A DNA stretch of 64,000 bases from Albugo candida. Lineage: Eukaryota. A program made the translations under genes and the position numbers. The DNA is taken from NCBI GenBank assembly GCA_040437565.1, contig JBDOQK010000033.1:124001-188000 (forward strand). The letters are read 5' to 3'. The notes beneath the pieces were generated by a model that was given only the letters and a program-made list of their open reading frames with translations, ran no database searches and was not told where the DNA came from. This document shows positions 36,037-49,135 of the stretch, in pieces (the first letter of the stretch is position 1; each line of letters opens with the position of its first letter).

Positions 36037-37689
36037 TTACGGTGGTGTAGTAGAGGAGACTGGCGCGGGATTAGTTGGCGTGGTTGAAGAAGGCTGTCCT
36101 TGTGGCGGGTTGACATTTGATACCGAAGGTGGAAGTGTAGGTGCGTTATTGGGAGTCGGTAGCAATGGAACCGTATTGGTAGGTATCGGTGGAGGTGAGT
36201 CGACAGGAGCGGCTGGCGGAGTCGTATTGACAGGTGGCAATGGGACCGTGTTGATGGGCGTTGATGGAGATGATTCGACTACTGGAAGTTCAATGCCATT
36301 TGAATCGACTGGCCAGACTTGAGATGCTTCAGATGCTCGATGCGTATCCTTGTAACTTTCCGCGACTCTTTCTTCTGCGGCTTGTCTCTCCACTTCTGGA
36401 TTTTCCGATCGCACTGGATAACGATTGTCTCGATAATTAGGTTGCTGAGAACGATCGTCTCTCGCGTATCCATTTGAAGTAGAAGTTGGATACGTATTTC
36501 CCCCATTCCTTCTCATTGCCTGCAATTCTTCAGCCTTGACATCTTCTTCGTCGTAGTTTCTCAGATTTTGTTTGGAGAGTCGGCTATCTTGTAGATCGTC
36601 CTCTTTGTATCTCGGAGCGCCTCTCGGTTGCTTGGGATTGGGATTTTCTTGTTCATTTTCATCCTCCGTATGCTTTTGCGCCTTTATCGGTCCTGTACCC
36701 TCATCGGGATCAGTGTCATCATAGTCGTTTGCTGCCATTTTTCGATTTGACCTTTTATCTTCAGTATTTTCGTCCTCTTGCTCACCAGTGGAATCAGCTT
36801 CCTTTGTACTCTCTTCTGCTCTTTTCTTTTTGTGTGACATCTCTTCACTTTCATCTTTTTGATTATCTGATTCGGAATCATTAGCATCTTCTTTTCTTTT
36901 GTTTCTCTTTGACTCGGAAGTATCCGTTGAATCTTCAGCGGAATCTGTGTCATCATTTTCTTCTTCTGAAGCCTTCCTTTTCGATTTCTTCTTTCCGGAC
37001 TCATCGTCCTGACTGTCATCTCCTTCAGACTCTTCTTCCGATTTCTTTTTCGATTTCTTCTTTCCGGACTCATCGTCCTGACTGTCATCTCCTTCAGACT
37101 CTTCTTCCGCTTTCTTTTTCAATTTCTTCTTCCTAGACTCATCACCTTCTCCAGCTGATTCAGACTCCTCCGAACCTCTGTCCACTCCCTTCTTCTTTGG
37201 CTTCTTCTCCTCTTCATTATTATCTGATGGATCTGACTCATCTTCGTCCGACTTTCTCTTCGATTTTGATTTCTTCGCTTTTACCGTCGGATCATCAGAA
37301 TCATCTTCTACTTCCTCTTCACTTTTGTGTTTTCTCGCACCACTCGATTTATGTTTGTCCGCTGTCTCATCGTCATCCGATGCTGCGGATTCTTCTTTAC
37401 TGGAAGCACGTGCTCCCTTTGTACCCGAATCCGATGAATCATCCTCGGAAGCTCGATTCTTGTGGCGATCTGACTTGCGTGGATGATCATCATTGCTATC
37501 TTCCGCTTCGTCGTCCTTTGCGAGTCTTCGACTTCTCAGGCTTTTGGCATTGTATGTCGACTCCTTCTGACGGAGCGGTAGTTTTAATACTGTGAGAGCT
37601 GTCAATTTACGGTTCTCTTTCAACGCGGAAGCGGCTTCCGTAGCGGCTATTGCGGCGAGAAGTGTGCTCGTGATGACGAAAACTTTCAT
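36037..37689 (-). CDS. Large secreted D/E/K/S-rich protein with a Pro/Thr-rich C-terminus
   Basis: Signal peptide MKVFVITSTLLAAIAATEA, RKL and RSRRL followed by an acidic stretch, and 23-aa tandem repeats. The stop overlaps a possible gtaagc donor, so the gene may extend further. Confidence 0.82.
   Translation of the reverse strand: MKVFVITSTLLAAIAATEAASALKENRKLTALTVLKLPLRQKESTYNAKSLRSRRLAKDDEAEDSNDDHPRKSDRHKNRASEDDSSDSGTKGARASSKEESAASDDDETADKHKSSGARKHKSEEEVEDDSDDPTVKAKKSKSKRKSDEDESDPSDNNEEEKKPKKKGVDRGSEESESAGEGDESRKKKLKKKAEEESEGDDSQDDESGKKKSKKKSEEESEGDDSQDDESGKKKSKRKASEEENDDTDSAEDSTDTSESKRNKRKEDANDSESDNQKDESEEMSHKKKRAEESTKEADSTGEQEDENTEDKRSNRKMAANDYDDTDPDEGTGPIKAQKHTEDENEQENPNPKQPRGAPRYKEDDLQDSRLSKQNLRNYDEEDVKAEELQAMRRNGGNTYPTSTSNGYARDDRSQQPNYRDNRYPVRSENPEVERQAAEERVAESYKDTHRASEASQVWPVDSNGIELPVVESSPSTPINTVPLPPVNTTPPAAPVDSPPPIPTNTVPLLPTPNNAPTLPPSVSNVNPPQGQPSSTTPTNPAPVSSTTPP
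36980..37120 (-). repeat. Two 69-bp (23-aa) tandem repeats KKxEEESEGDDSQDDESGKKKSK
   Basis: Near-identical units at ~36980 and ~37049. Confidence 0.85.
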
Positions 37690-38206
37690 TTGGAAAGCAC
37701 GAAAATGAGCGCAAAAAGAGTAAGAAATTTGGTTACATAACCTCAAAAAGGCAACGTGGGATTCTTACAACACAGCAAACATGGAAGAGCACATTTTGAC
37801 GTTATCGATACTTTGTGTATCGACCTACAACGTTGTTAATCGTACGTGCGTTGCATCGCAACTTTTTGTGATCATTTAAGCATCGATCTTTCGCGTAGAT
37901 ATGATTGGTGGGAATAATAACCAATGAATAGTGCCAAATGCGATGCATCGATTGAACGGACAAAATGATCATTTTACTCGGTGGTAAAACGCTGTTGAGC
38001 GATTCATCTTCAGTCTTTGAGAAATAATTTTCATGACAACACGTCCGGAAACGCTTCCCCTATCTGACATCTAGCGTTTTCTTATACCTCAGCCAGTACA
38101 GAGAACAAAAACAGCGTCATACCGAACAGCTTTGACATATGAAAAGCCTTATACTATCAGAAATTCATTACAAACGACGCCATTCCAACCGTTTAACCAA
38201 TGCTTT

Positions 38207-41200
38207 TTATAAAATAGTTTGCCACTTTGGACGCAATTGGCTGTCAATAGAACGGATTAAAGATCGAGGAGCATACACACTTTTCCCCCTTCCACCATGC
38301 AGATTTTCGTCCAGTGTAAAGCATAATAAAAGCACATTGATTGTGGTCTCATATATCTAATAACAGCAATCATTCATAAGCGATTTCATTTCCGAGTAAA
38401 CACGTACGGTCATAAAAGCGGTAGCGATGCTGTACGACATGGAAGCAATTGCTAGCAGCGGTAGAACCGGTGAATACATCTATCAAACAGTTGAGCGCAT
38501 AGAATCCACCTTAAGTAAGAGAATTAAATACCTGACTCGATAGAAACCATGCAATCAAACATGTGGTCGAGCACACTATAAGCTTCCCAATAAACACGGA
38601 AGAATGTCCAATTCGATCGACAGAGCCAAAACGCAGTAAATTTGAAGTCAATAGCGTGAACGCCAGCTGTTTTTCGTACACATTACGTAATGCTCCCATT
38701 TTCTACCACAAAAGCGTACCTTTGCGGATCGGAAGTAGCCGCTTCCTTGGATAGCTGTGATGTACATTGCCTCCTTGCAAAAGTATTTCAGACAGCAGTC
38801 AAAGCACCACACACAACACTGATAGAGAATGTCAGTACTCAGACTCGCCACTATATCATGACACATACACAGCAGCATTTGGCAAAGCAGNNNNNNNNNN
38901 NNNNNNNNNNNNNNNNNNNNNNNNNNNNNNNNNNNNNNNNNNNNNNNNNNNNNNNNNNNNNNNNNNNNNNNNNNNNNNNNNNNNNNNNNNTAGAACGGAT
39001 TAAAGATCGAGGAGCATACACACTTTTCCCCCTTCCACCATGCAGATTTTCGTCCAGTGTAAAGCATAATAAAAGCACATTGATTGTGGTCTCATATATC
39101 TAATAACAGCAATCATTCATAAGCGATTTCATTTCCGAGTAAACACGTACGGTCATAAAAGCGGTAGCGATGCTGTACGACATGGAAGCAATTGCTAGCA
39201 GCGGTAGAACCGGTGAATACATCTATCAAACAGTTGAGCGCATAGAATCCACCTTAAGTAAGAGAATTAAATACCTGACTCGATAGAAACCATGCAATCA
39301 AACATGTGGTCGAGCACACTATAAGCTTCCCAATAAACACGGAAGAATGTCCAATTCGATCGACAGAGCCAAAACGCAGTAAATTTGAAGTCAATAGCGT
39401 GAACGCCAGCTGTTTTTCGTACACATTACGTAATGCTCCCATTTTCTACCACAAAAGCGTACCTTTGCGGATCGGAAGTAGCCGCTTCCTTGGATAGCTG
39501 TGATGTACATTGCCTCCTTGCAAAAGTATTTCAGACAGCAGTCAAAGCACCACACACAACACTGATAGAGAATGTCAGTACTCAGACTCGCCACTATATC
39601 ATGACACATACACAGCAGCATTTGGCAAAGCAGGAGACTGCTACATTGGTGTCCAAATCGTTCCGTTTTGCAAGATTGTGATATACCGAACGCGACGTGC
39701 GGATGAATGGGACAGCTGCCGATGTGAGTGCAAGCGTCCCCAAATGATACGAAAAGGTCGATCGAAGCGCGTATGTGACAGGATCTCTCCATTTGTTGAG
39801 TTTTTTACGTGCTGCCACGTTGTCAAATTCTGAAAAGTACCAAAATGATACTGCTGTTGCAGTGATCATATCGCCGATGGACAGTACAAACGCGATACTC
39901 CAATACATACCCAACAAATGATATAGAAAGAGCCATCGTAATTTCGTGTTCACTTGGAAAGACTCGGTCACCACGTGAATGGTGGAGGGTGAAGACGCAG
40001 CGATTCTGGCAATTCGTGATGTTGTGGTTCCAGCTCCGAAAATGGACAAGCTGACCTGAATTCCCCAACCGTATAACGCTATGATCATGAGAAATATCAA
40101 AAATGGTACCAGGAGAAGTTTCTTCAGCTGCAGTAATACACGCGATGCGTGCGTGATGAAAATTCCAGCCATGAATAAACGCTGGATCATGAATACGACA
40201 ACCAGAAAGAACAACACGGCGCTACAGGATAGAACAACAGCTAACAGTTGCAATGATTGCTTCGTTCTATGGTCGTGGCGGTACGAATACGGGTCCAAAG
40301 AAGCCTGCAAGGAACGATAGCTCCCATAAATGAGAATCGCTTGAACGCCAACCATTGAAATTCCCAACACGACACATCCACAAATTCGAAGAAAAAGAAG
40401 GTAAATAAACGACGTCACTAATGTGATCCCACAGCTAATGAGTAAGATACTCCAACACTGCAAATGATTGGAATCAACACGTGATCTCAAGTAAGAAAGA
40501 GCGCTCACCTCACTCAAAGAGCCCACAAATCGACCGATGGAATCCTGAAACAAAGTCTCGACAAGTTGTTCCGAGCTGACTATCGGAGAAATCAGTGTTT
40601 ATCAATGCGCAAAACGCACACGCACCATCGACAGGAGCACATATATACGCATTTGTATTGGTCGCATACGTTTCGAATTCGACCTCTTCCGTTTCGGTGG
40701 AATCACGTGCTTCCTCGACACTATCAGCGTTAGTAATAGGCAAATCAACTCGTAAAGTATCTCCGTCTTCGTCCGGACACTCGTCGACGCAAACTCCAAA
40801 TTCAGGATTTCGTTCAAGATCGGGAAAATAGAGATACGAGTCTTTATCACAAGTATTTCCTTGGAAATCGACGCTATTGCGTATATATTTCGCAAAGGAA
40901 CGATTGGAATCGCGAGTGAATGCGTAACACGCCAATACAATCATTCCAATCCAATACAAGAAAAACAACACAAGTGCGATGAGATCGGTGCATGATCGCC
41001 TGGTTTTAGGACCTTTGAATCGAGACAGTGTGGAGGAGACAGCACTTTGAGATGTTAATAGCTGTACGTCTTCTTTCTCATCCAATTCGCTGCTTTCTGA
41101 CGATAATTTACGTCCAAATAGTGACACATTTTCGGAATTCACGCGACGGTAATCGCTTGCACGCGGCAACGATCTTATGCGTTGACTCTGTGTGTGTTGA

Positions 41201-41391
41201 AGCGCATTCGTATCAAAAGTCCCAAATTGCGATAACGCCGGCGAGAGCGCATCAATTTCGCGAGAATGCATCACGTCAGACGATGCGGGTTCCATAAAGA
41301 CGCGTAATGGCGACACCGCTAACGGGAAGCCAATTGGACTCGTCTTGATTGGTGTAAAACGAGCAGTTTGGATAGACAATGCGATATTCAT
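38207..41391 (-). CDS. Choline transporter-like (CTL/SLC44/Pns1) protein, multi-exon, interrupted by a gap duplicate
   Basis: RSCTDL, DFQGNTC, YHLGTLA, AMYITAIQG, FIGKL and terminal YETTINVLLLCF...WQTIL* motifs. The start may instead be the ATG at 41295. Confidence 0.9.
38248..39633. repeat. Gap-flanking duplicate 38248-38890 = 38991-39633
   Basis: Identical sequence across the N-gap, offset 743. Confidence 0.9.
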
Positions 41392-41551
41392 TTAGTCGCA
41401 ATGTATCATAATCGTCACACTGTCACAGCGGTCTCATATCTCAACTGTATAGGGCAACAGCGTGTCAAAAGTGTAAAGCACGAGAAAGATCAGACTATAT
41501 TTGTGAATCGTTCCTGGATTTCGGGCAAGGCATGTGAGAAGAATGTAGAAT

Positions 41552-42772
41552 TTACGCTTGAGCGGTTTGTTCGATTTGCTGGGGAGAGGAAGACGAATGG
41601 GTGACCATGATGGGAGGTTGATGAGCGGGTTTCCCAATGAGACCCAAGCGGGTAAACATATCCTGATCTTGCTCGAATTCTGGATTAGATGTGGTTAGTA
41701 GCCGATCACCAGTGAAGACGGAATTGGCACCGGCGAGGAATAAAAGTCCCTGTTCTGCTTCGGTGAATGACATACGACCAGCACTGAGTCGGACCATTGT
41801 CTTGGGCATGACGATTCGTGCGGTGGCAATAGTCCGGGCCATATCAAAAGCACTTACAGGTGGAATATCTTCTTCATACAGCGGAGTTCCAGGCACAGCT
41901 ACTAGGGCGTTCACAGGGACTGATTCAGGATGTTGCGTCATAGTCGCAAGGGTATGAAGTAAGGCGACCCGATCATGTTCCCCTTCTCCAAGCCCCAAGA
42001 TGCCCCCACAACATACAGAAATTCCAGCCTTTCGAACATTTTGCAAGGTAGCCAATCGATCGTCATAGGAGCGTGTCGTGATGATTTTCGCGTAATGCTC
42101 GCGACTTGTATCGAGGTTATGATTGTACGCTGACAAACCTGCCTCCTTGAGTGCGGTTGCCTGGTCCAAAGTCAGCATTCCTAACGTGCAGCATACTTCC
42201 ATATCGAGAGCTTTGACCTGTCGGACCATTTCCAGAACGTGTTTGAAAGCATTCTTCTTTCCGACCTCACGCCACGCTGAGCCCATGCAGAAACGCGTAC
42301 TTCCAGCATTCTTTGCACGTTTCGCCATTTCCAAAACATCTTCGACCTAGAATAAAATATGAGCTTTTTGCTTGAGAAATGGATGCAAAATCGATAGAAA
42401 ACCTTTTTTGTTGGCTCTGGCTTGACAAATGTGCGATGATGCGACGATTGAGAACAATATTTGCAGTCTTCAGTGCATCCGCCAGTTTTTATGGAGAGAA
42501 GAGTGCATTGTTGAACTTGACGAGAGTTGAAGTAGAGGCGATGTACCGTAGCTGCTTGATAAATTAATTCCAATAGTGGTTGGTGATATATGTCGCGAAC
42601 TTGTTCCAGAGACCAATCCTGTGATAACGAATAATACACACTCATGTTTGTATACTTGCGAGGTATACGTCCGACGTACCGTGCGTACGCTGGCGAATGG
42701 CTCGGAGGTCGGTTTCTGTGTTATAATGTTTCGTATTTTCATAAGAGGTGGTAGTTGCGAGCGTATGCGCAT
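41552..42772 (-). CDS. BIO2: Biotin synthase (radical SAM), 3 exons
   Basis: [25 protein letters not shown] and RLSAGR motifs. Introns 42619-42679 (VRT|DWS) and ~42347-42401. The start is at 42772 or 42742. Confidence 0.95.
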
Positions 42773-43618
42773 TTCACAGTTCAATTTCGATCCTATTTGA
42801 AGTGCTCGCAAAGACATTTGTAGAGGCATTAGCGATGTATCGAGTGCAGACAAAAAACCGGTGTGGAGTATTGATACACATATAGAACCAATGAAATGTG
42901 AAGGTCTGATACTTCTATATTTTTTATATTTTGTATCGTCATCCAATTAGCAGTGTGACGTCGAGCTGTGGCTCGAGTCATTTCCTACTCTTTCTACTAT
43001 ACAAATGGCTGAGTCGGTCGAATAGATAGTGAAATGACACTTTACCCGACTTAATATCACTTGATAATCGCTTGATGACGTGATATTCTCCCCACGGTAC
43101 TTGACTTGGTTATAAAGATGGTGTTCTTCATTCTCGAAATTGGAGTCAGAATCGTGTTTCTACGCACTCTACCACAATTATCGCTCTTTATACATTATGT
43201 CTACTTTCTCCATTCGCTTTCTTCCTCCAAGAAATGTTTGGGCTGCCTTTGAAGCTCCCACAAGCTCTATGACCATAAAAAATGATAATTCGTCTTAGAC
43301 CATCATTCCATATAGTAAACGATATGTCTGCAACACTCCTCGTTTTATATTCGGTAAATGCTCAAAGGCTGATTTCTGGAGTCGTCACACCATCTCCCAT
43401 TCGTATTCGTACACGTACCTTTTGATCTTTTATCTGTGTTTTTGTATGCTCGATGGGGCAACAGCTCTGCCTTCTTCGTACTTTGTTATTGACCAAGTAC
43501 CCACCGATCGCATCGTTAAATAGGAGTCACTATCTCCTTCCTTCATTGGCTTCTCTACATCAATGACATGCTAACTAGTGGATTTATCTAAACGGAATCC
43601 AATGAGCTAAAGGAAGCT

Positions 43619-44116
43619 TACTGATGCACTATTTCTACTCGTATTTCTCACCAGATTCGATGTGTTGGCTACTGAAAACCACATTATATGAAGATACAGC
43701 TTCAATATTAGGATTCCAGCTCAAAGCTTCGATTCAGTGTCAGTGAGTCTCGTGAGATGACTACGATACCAAAGTCACTTTATTTCTAAATTGAGATGCA
43801 CAATCTACTTGTCTCCANNNNNNNNNNNNNNNNNNNNNNNNNNNNNNNNNNNNNNNNNNNNNNNNNNNNNNNNNNNNNNNNNNNNNNNNNNNNNNNNNNN
43901 NNNNNNNNNNNNNNNNNTACTGATGCACTATTTCTACTCGTATTTCTCACCAGATTCGATGTGTTGGCTACTGAAAACCACATTATATGAAGATACAGCT
44001 TCAATATTAGGATTCCAGCTCAAAGCTTCGATTCAGTGTCAGTGAGTCTCGTGAGATGACTACGATACCAAAGTCACTTTATTTCTAAATTGAGATGCAC
44101 AATCTACTTGTCTCCA
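43619..44116. repeat. Gap-flanking duplicate ~43619-43817 = ~43918-44116
   Basis: Identical sequence across the N-gap, offset 299. Confidence 0.88.
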
Positions 44117-46856
44117 TGCAGCCATTTGGCAGGTTGCTTTCCTCGCGATATAGACGCAGACTTATATCCTGTGTATTCCAGCTTGAGGTAATCGATCAGG
44201 TATGTCGAAAGGATCATGAAGCCTTCCAATAAGATTCCCTTAATGAAACATTGAGCGTCGATATATCGACACGGCCAATCTTCGCTTGTTACCCTTATGA
44301 TTACTCGTGTTGGTAAGCTAATTGCTCACGAAATTCATTTGTTCTGGATCGGCTGTGCACTGAGAGAGCCTCCTCGACATCTGCGCCAGACCCTCGATTC
44401 GTCTTCTCTTCTTCGTGGCGTCTAGCAAGATCTTTGTTCATTACATTCCCGTCTGATGTTAACAATTCCACGGATTGTATACTCTTCTCACCGATCCATT
44501 AAAGACACGAGTACCCTAATATCACCAAAATCAGAACCAGTTATGTCTCTATCGTTATCATCTGCTCCAATATTCGCTCACTTTTACCATATTCGTCGCT
44601 TCAATCCTCCAAGTCAAACTTTTGCCTGAGGAGGTACTCTTGCGTCAAATAAAGCTTTTTGGATGATCTCTGGACTTCCGCCAGCCAAATAGTATGAAGG
44701 GAAGGATGAGAAGCACTATTGTTCAAGTCGTGAAGAATGATGAGCTGGACGCGTTGGACCAGGTCAGATACCCGGAAGCGAGGGATATGAAGCTAAAATT
44801 TCATCCACCCGACGAGAAGGAATACGCTCGGGATTTGTGCATCGTGTCGTATCGGTACTTGTGCGTCGGAAGCGATTTGGCGCTCGATTGGTTCGGATGA
44901 CATCATATCTCAGTCGTAGTGAAATCAGTGCTTCAACGTGCCATTGATGACTTTGACAGTGAAGAAGTCTGTGGGATCGGATGCTTCTTTGTTCAGATAA
45001 TGCCTCCAGAGCTACTCTCATCTTCCTTAGAAGAGACTGAGGATCAAGCAGTCACCTTTGATACTTATAGTCGTAAGTGGGCCGTATCCATAAACGTTGA
45101 GCGATGAAGTCAAGTAATCAAAGCTGTGTATAACGGTTGCCAGTAAAAGAAAATAAGAATTGAAGCTTAAGGCTGCGGTTTTTCCGTTTCTGAATCATTG
45201 ATATTTGTTGAGCAAAGTACGACATGAAATTTGTAGCACCATTTGACCTATGGATGAAGTGAAGCTCACACCACCTTTTGGAGGATCTGAATCCGGAAGG
45301 CATAGAGACGTATCTGACACTTCCCAAAGAAGCCAGCAATAGAAATGGAATTGAATTTGCACATGCTTTAGAAATGTCCATTTTTACTCCCAGGCTCAAG
45401 ATGTCGGGATGCGATTTGCGACTGCGGAAGAGTCAGGAAGGACGGCTATGGAGCCACCTCCTACATGACTCACTGAACGATACAGAATAGAAGTAATAAC
45501 AAGCCTCACCGACTCATTTTACGACCAAAACCCAAGCGGAATACGGAGGTCAGAGATAATATAGACGATATACTGGTACCAGCAACAAATCGAGTCCGTT
45601 GATATCGAAGTTGAGCCTGAGTCAATGGCATTTAGTTTAAAAAACAACGAATGCGCTTGGACTAAGCATAGTGAAACCTTGCACTTCTATGTGACATTGT
45701 GACGGAGGATAAAGTATAATAATTCAAAAGCCAACGGAGCCGATTTTCTAACCCATTCATTCCCGATTCGAGGATATTCAGACCCAATTTCAAGGTCGGA
45801 TACCATTCCAAAAGCGTGATGATGAGACGATGATGAAACCGGGGCTGTTAAACAAAGGATTTGCGATAGATGACGAAATGTGGAGAAAGCTTGCAATTAG
45901 TGACGAAACCAAAGCATACGATCTGATAGCGGAGGCTTCTTATAAGCTGTAAGTGCTGATGAAACCATCACGTGATACATATTACCTCCTCAGATCATTT
46001 TTCCGTATAAACGATCAAGCCATTTGGATCCCAGCACTGCGGGCTACGATGGTACTTACTCCCACAGTATCCACGCAGCAAACATTACAAAGTGTTGTTG
46101 CTTCCAGTTTCTAACAATCTATCCATCTATTTACTTGTTGCCGGGCTCAATGTATTTTTTATATAACTGCAGCACTGAATCTGTTTTCATTTCGTAATTG
46201 AGAACGACATATGTGTTCCTCTTATTGCGGAAATTCAACGCAAAATGCATTAGCATTCTTCCATTCCGACATCGTACCAATTGTCAACTCACAGAAGTCC
46301 CCACGACCCGTTCAGAAGCCTCGAACAGATGTCTTCACGACGCTATGCGTCCGAACCAATTAACACTGTATTTGGCTATTCCATCCCTGCGCTTGCTTCT
46401 TCAATTGCATAAGAATTCAGTCAATTTACTCTGACTATTTATTAGCTTTCCGGAATCCGGAAAAATTCACGAGAGAACGGNNNNNNNNNNNNNNNNNNNN
46501 NNNNNNNNNNNNNNNNNNNNNNNNNNNNNNNNNNNNNNNNNNNNNNNNNNNNNNNNNNNNNNNNNNNNNNNNNNNNNNNNCCGGAAAAATTCACGAGAGA
46601 ACGGTACACTTTCATGTTACCGCGACGTTTGAGTTTACAAAAGTCAGTTAATTCCGTATCCTCGCGCTCTTTCCTTTTCACAAAAGTTGAAGCTGTGCAA
46701 GCAAACAGAGATCACTCGTAACACCGCATACAGTTGTTTTGATACGCACAATACTATCGTTGTGTTAGATAGCAAGTACCACTAAACGTACGACAATAAT
46801 TCTCTAAATCTATCGCAAAGAAAATCGATAGATATAAGAGACAGCTCGACTTACGA

Positions 46857-48973
46857 ATGAATAGCTTTCAAGATCGCGAGTCGGTATACCCGCAAGTTGA
46901 TCCGTCTAAAGCGCTCTTCGACGATGACACAGTGATGATGGATAACTTTCACGATCAAATTGTGATGCGTTCCGCTTCGGTCATTTATACAAATCAAAAG
47001 CGCGAGAATTCATTCGATTCCACTGTCATAACAAATTGCACGCAAAGCGCTTGTTCAGAGTTTCCATCTGTGCAATTCACAATGGAAAACAAGAAAAATA
47101 ACTTTCAATCACTCGCCGATGACTTCCCATTGTCAGTACTTCCTTACTCCCACGCAATCGGACAGCAAAGTCGTTCAGTGAAATCGAGAGATATGTATTC
47201 CTCTTCGTACCCTCAAAGCGGGCCATTCGTACCGATATTTGATGCGAATAAGATACCGACTACTCAGCAGAGATGTAATCTGACGGAACGTACGAGCACT
47301 TTTGTGGATGAGAAGTTGTACGATCCGGAGGCTACTGTTCGTCAAAGAGCAGAATCCGAGCTCACAAAGTCGACAGCAGTGGATTTCACGGCATTGGATT
47401 GTAAGAATGAAATGACAGAAATCAACGATCTCCAAGAACAGATAATGCATCGAAAGACTCAGTATCGACTTGATTTGGATCGATGGCAAATGGAAGAGAT
47501 GCAAGTTCGTCCGCAGTTGTTATGTATCCTTTCATTGTATCGATATGTTGATTGTAGCAAATACAACGCGAATTAGTGCAACATTCACGAGAGCGGTATC
47601 ACAAACTCAAGAAGAATGAGAATCAGTGGGGATGTCTATTCGATCGAGATGGGTGAGTCGCTATGTCACCATGTCGAGAGAGTCATCTAATCTTCGGAGT
47701 AGAGTTGTTTGCTTTCGTCCGGGAGAACGGCGTCATGCGATATTGTCCGAGCAGCGGTTTCATCAAGTCAATCTCCGCAAGGTACCGCGATCTTCGAATC
47801 AGTATGTCGTCAATCCTTTACAGAAACGGGTTGTAGGCTTTACAGCGTGGTGGGGATGCAAGCTGGTTTCAAAGACGAATGGGCGAATGTCAAAACGTAT
47901 ACCAGGACTTCATGGTGCGTTACTATCCTAATTGAGCGCGTCGTGACTCAGCCCTATTAGTATGAAGAGGCTCGACATAAACAAGCACTGGCGCTCGCTC
48001 GGCTCGAGATAGGTAACAACGATCCAATTCTTTACGCAGATGGAAGCCATGTCCTGAACTGAAGGACTATGTCAGACTCTGTCTTTAGTGCTTTTCCAAT
48101 CCTCGGAAATCGATTCATCTTGATCCAACTGCTTGGAAAAGGAGGAAATGGAGAAGTTTGGGACGTTCTCGATTATGCGAACAATAAGTGTCGCTGTGCT
48201 CTCAAAATCTCATCGTTATTTGATCACGCACAAAAAGAACATCGAACGCACAGAGTGAGCCGAGTTGTCTCCATACAATTCGATTCGCTCTTATTTTGGT
48301 TTCAAAATAGGAATTGGACCACGAGAATATCGTGAATGTTGGTAGCTCGATATATTGCATAGAATTCAATCAAAAGCTTTTTGCTGCATTCACAATCGAT
48401 TTGGTGGATATGGATTTGCATCGGCTTATTGATTTGCGGGGAAAGCTTGACGAAGTCACTGCGCTTACGATTCTTCTCGCTCTCTTGAAGGCGTTGGCGT
48501 ATCTCCACGGACAAAGGGGTATCGCCCATTACGACCTGAAACCATCCAACATCCTGATCAATGAGAAGATGCAAGTCAAGCTGACGGATTTCGATTTGGC
48601 GAGAAACGTTCACACAAAGATTTCTTCTCATCATGAGGGTACCCTCAAGTATCTTCCTCCAGAGACGTTCACCGACCCTCACGGAACAGCAGAAAAAGCA
48701 GATATTTGGATGGTTGGCGTCATCTTTCACATGATGCTGTCAGGCAAGCATCCACTGTACTGTGATAAAGTCACACTCAAAGAGATTCGATGTATCGCTT
48801 CCCGCTACAGCGATACTGTTTGCCCGTTGGCTCAGGATGCTTCCTCACAGCTTTCCGATTTGTCGAAATGGATTTTATCAGAATGTTTGCGGGCAGAGCC
48901 AACGTATCGTCCAACAGCTCAACAATTGTTACAAGTACTTTTGTATGCACACAATCAAGCTAGTTCTTTTTAG
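46857..48973 (+). CDS. Tousled-like Ser/Thr kinase (divergent), about 7 exons
   Basis: Coiled-coil N-region, DSVFSAFPILGNRFILIQLLGKGG, HAQKEHRTHR|ELDHENIV, HYDLKPSNIL and GTLKYLPPE, all TLK hallmarks. Several GT-AG introns lie between 47505 and 48310. Confidence 0.75.
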
Positions 48974-49135
48974 GGTCACNNNNNNNNNNNNNNNNNNNNN
49001 NNNNNNNNNNNNNNNNNNNNNNNNNNNNNNNNNNNNNNNNNNNNNNNNNNNNNNNNNNNNNNNNNNNNNNNNNNNNNNNTGCGTGACGGTAATATAAGTA
49101 TTATGTATACTAAGGTTGAAATTGTAATAAACATA

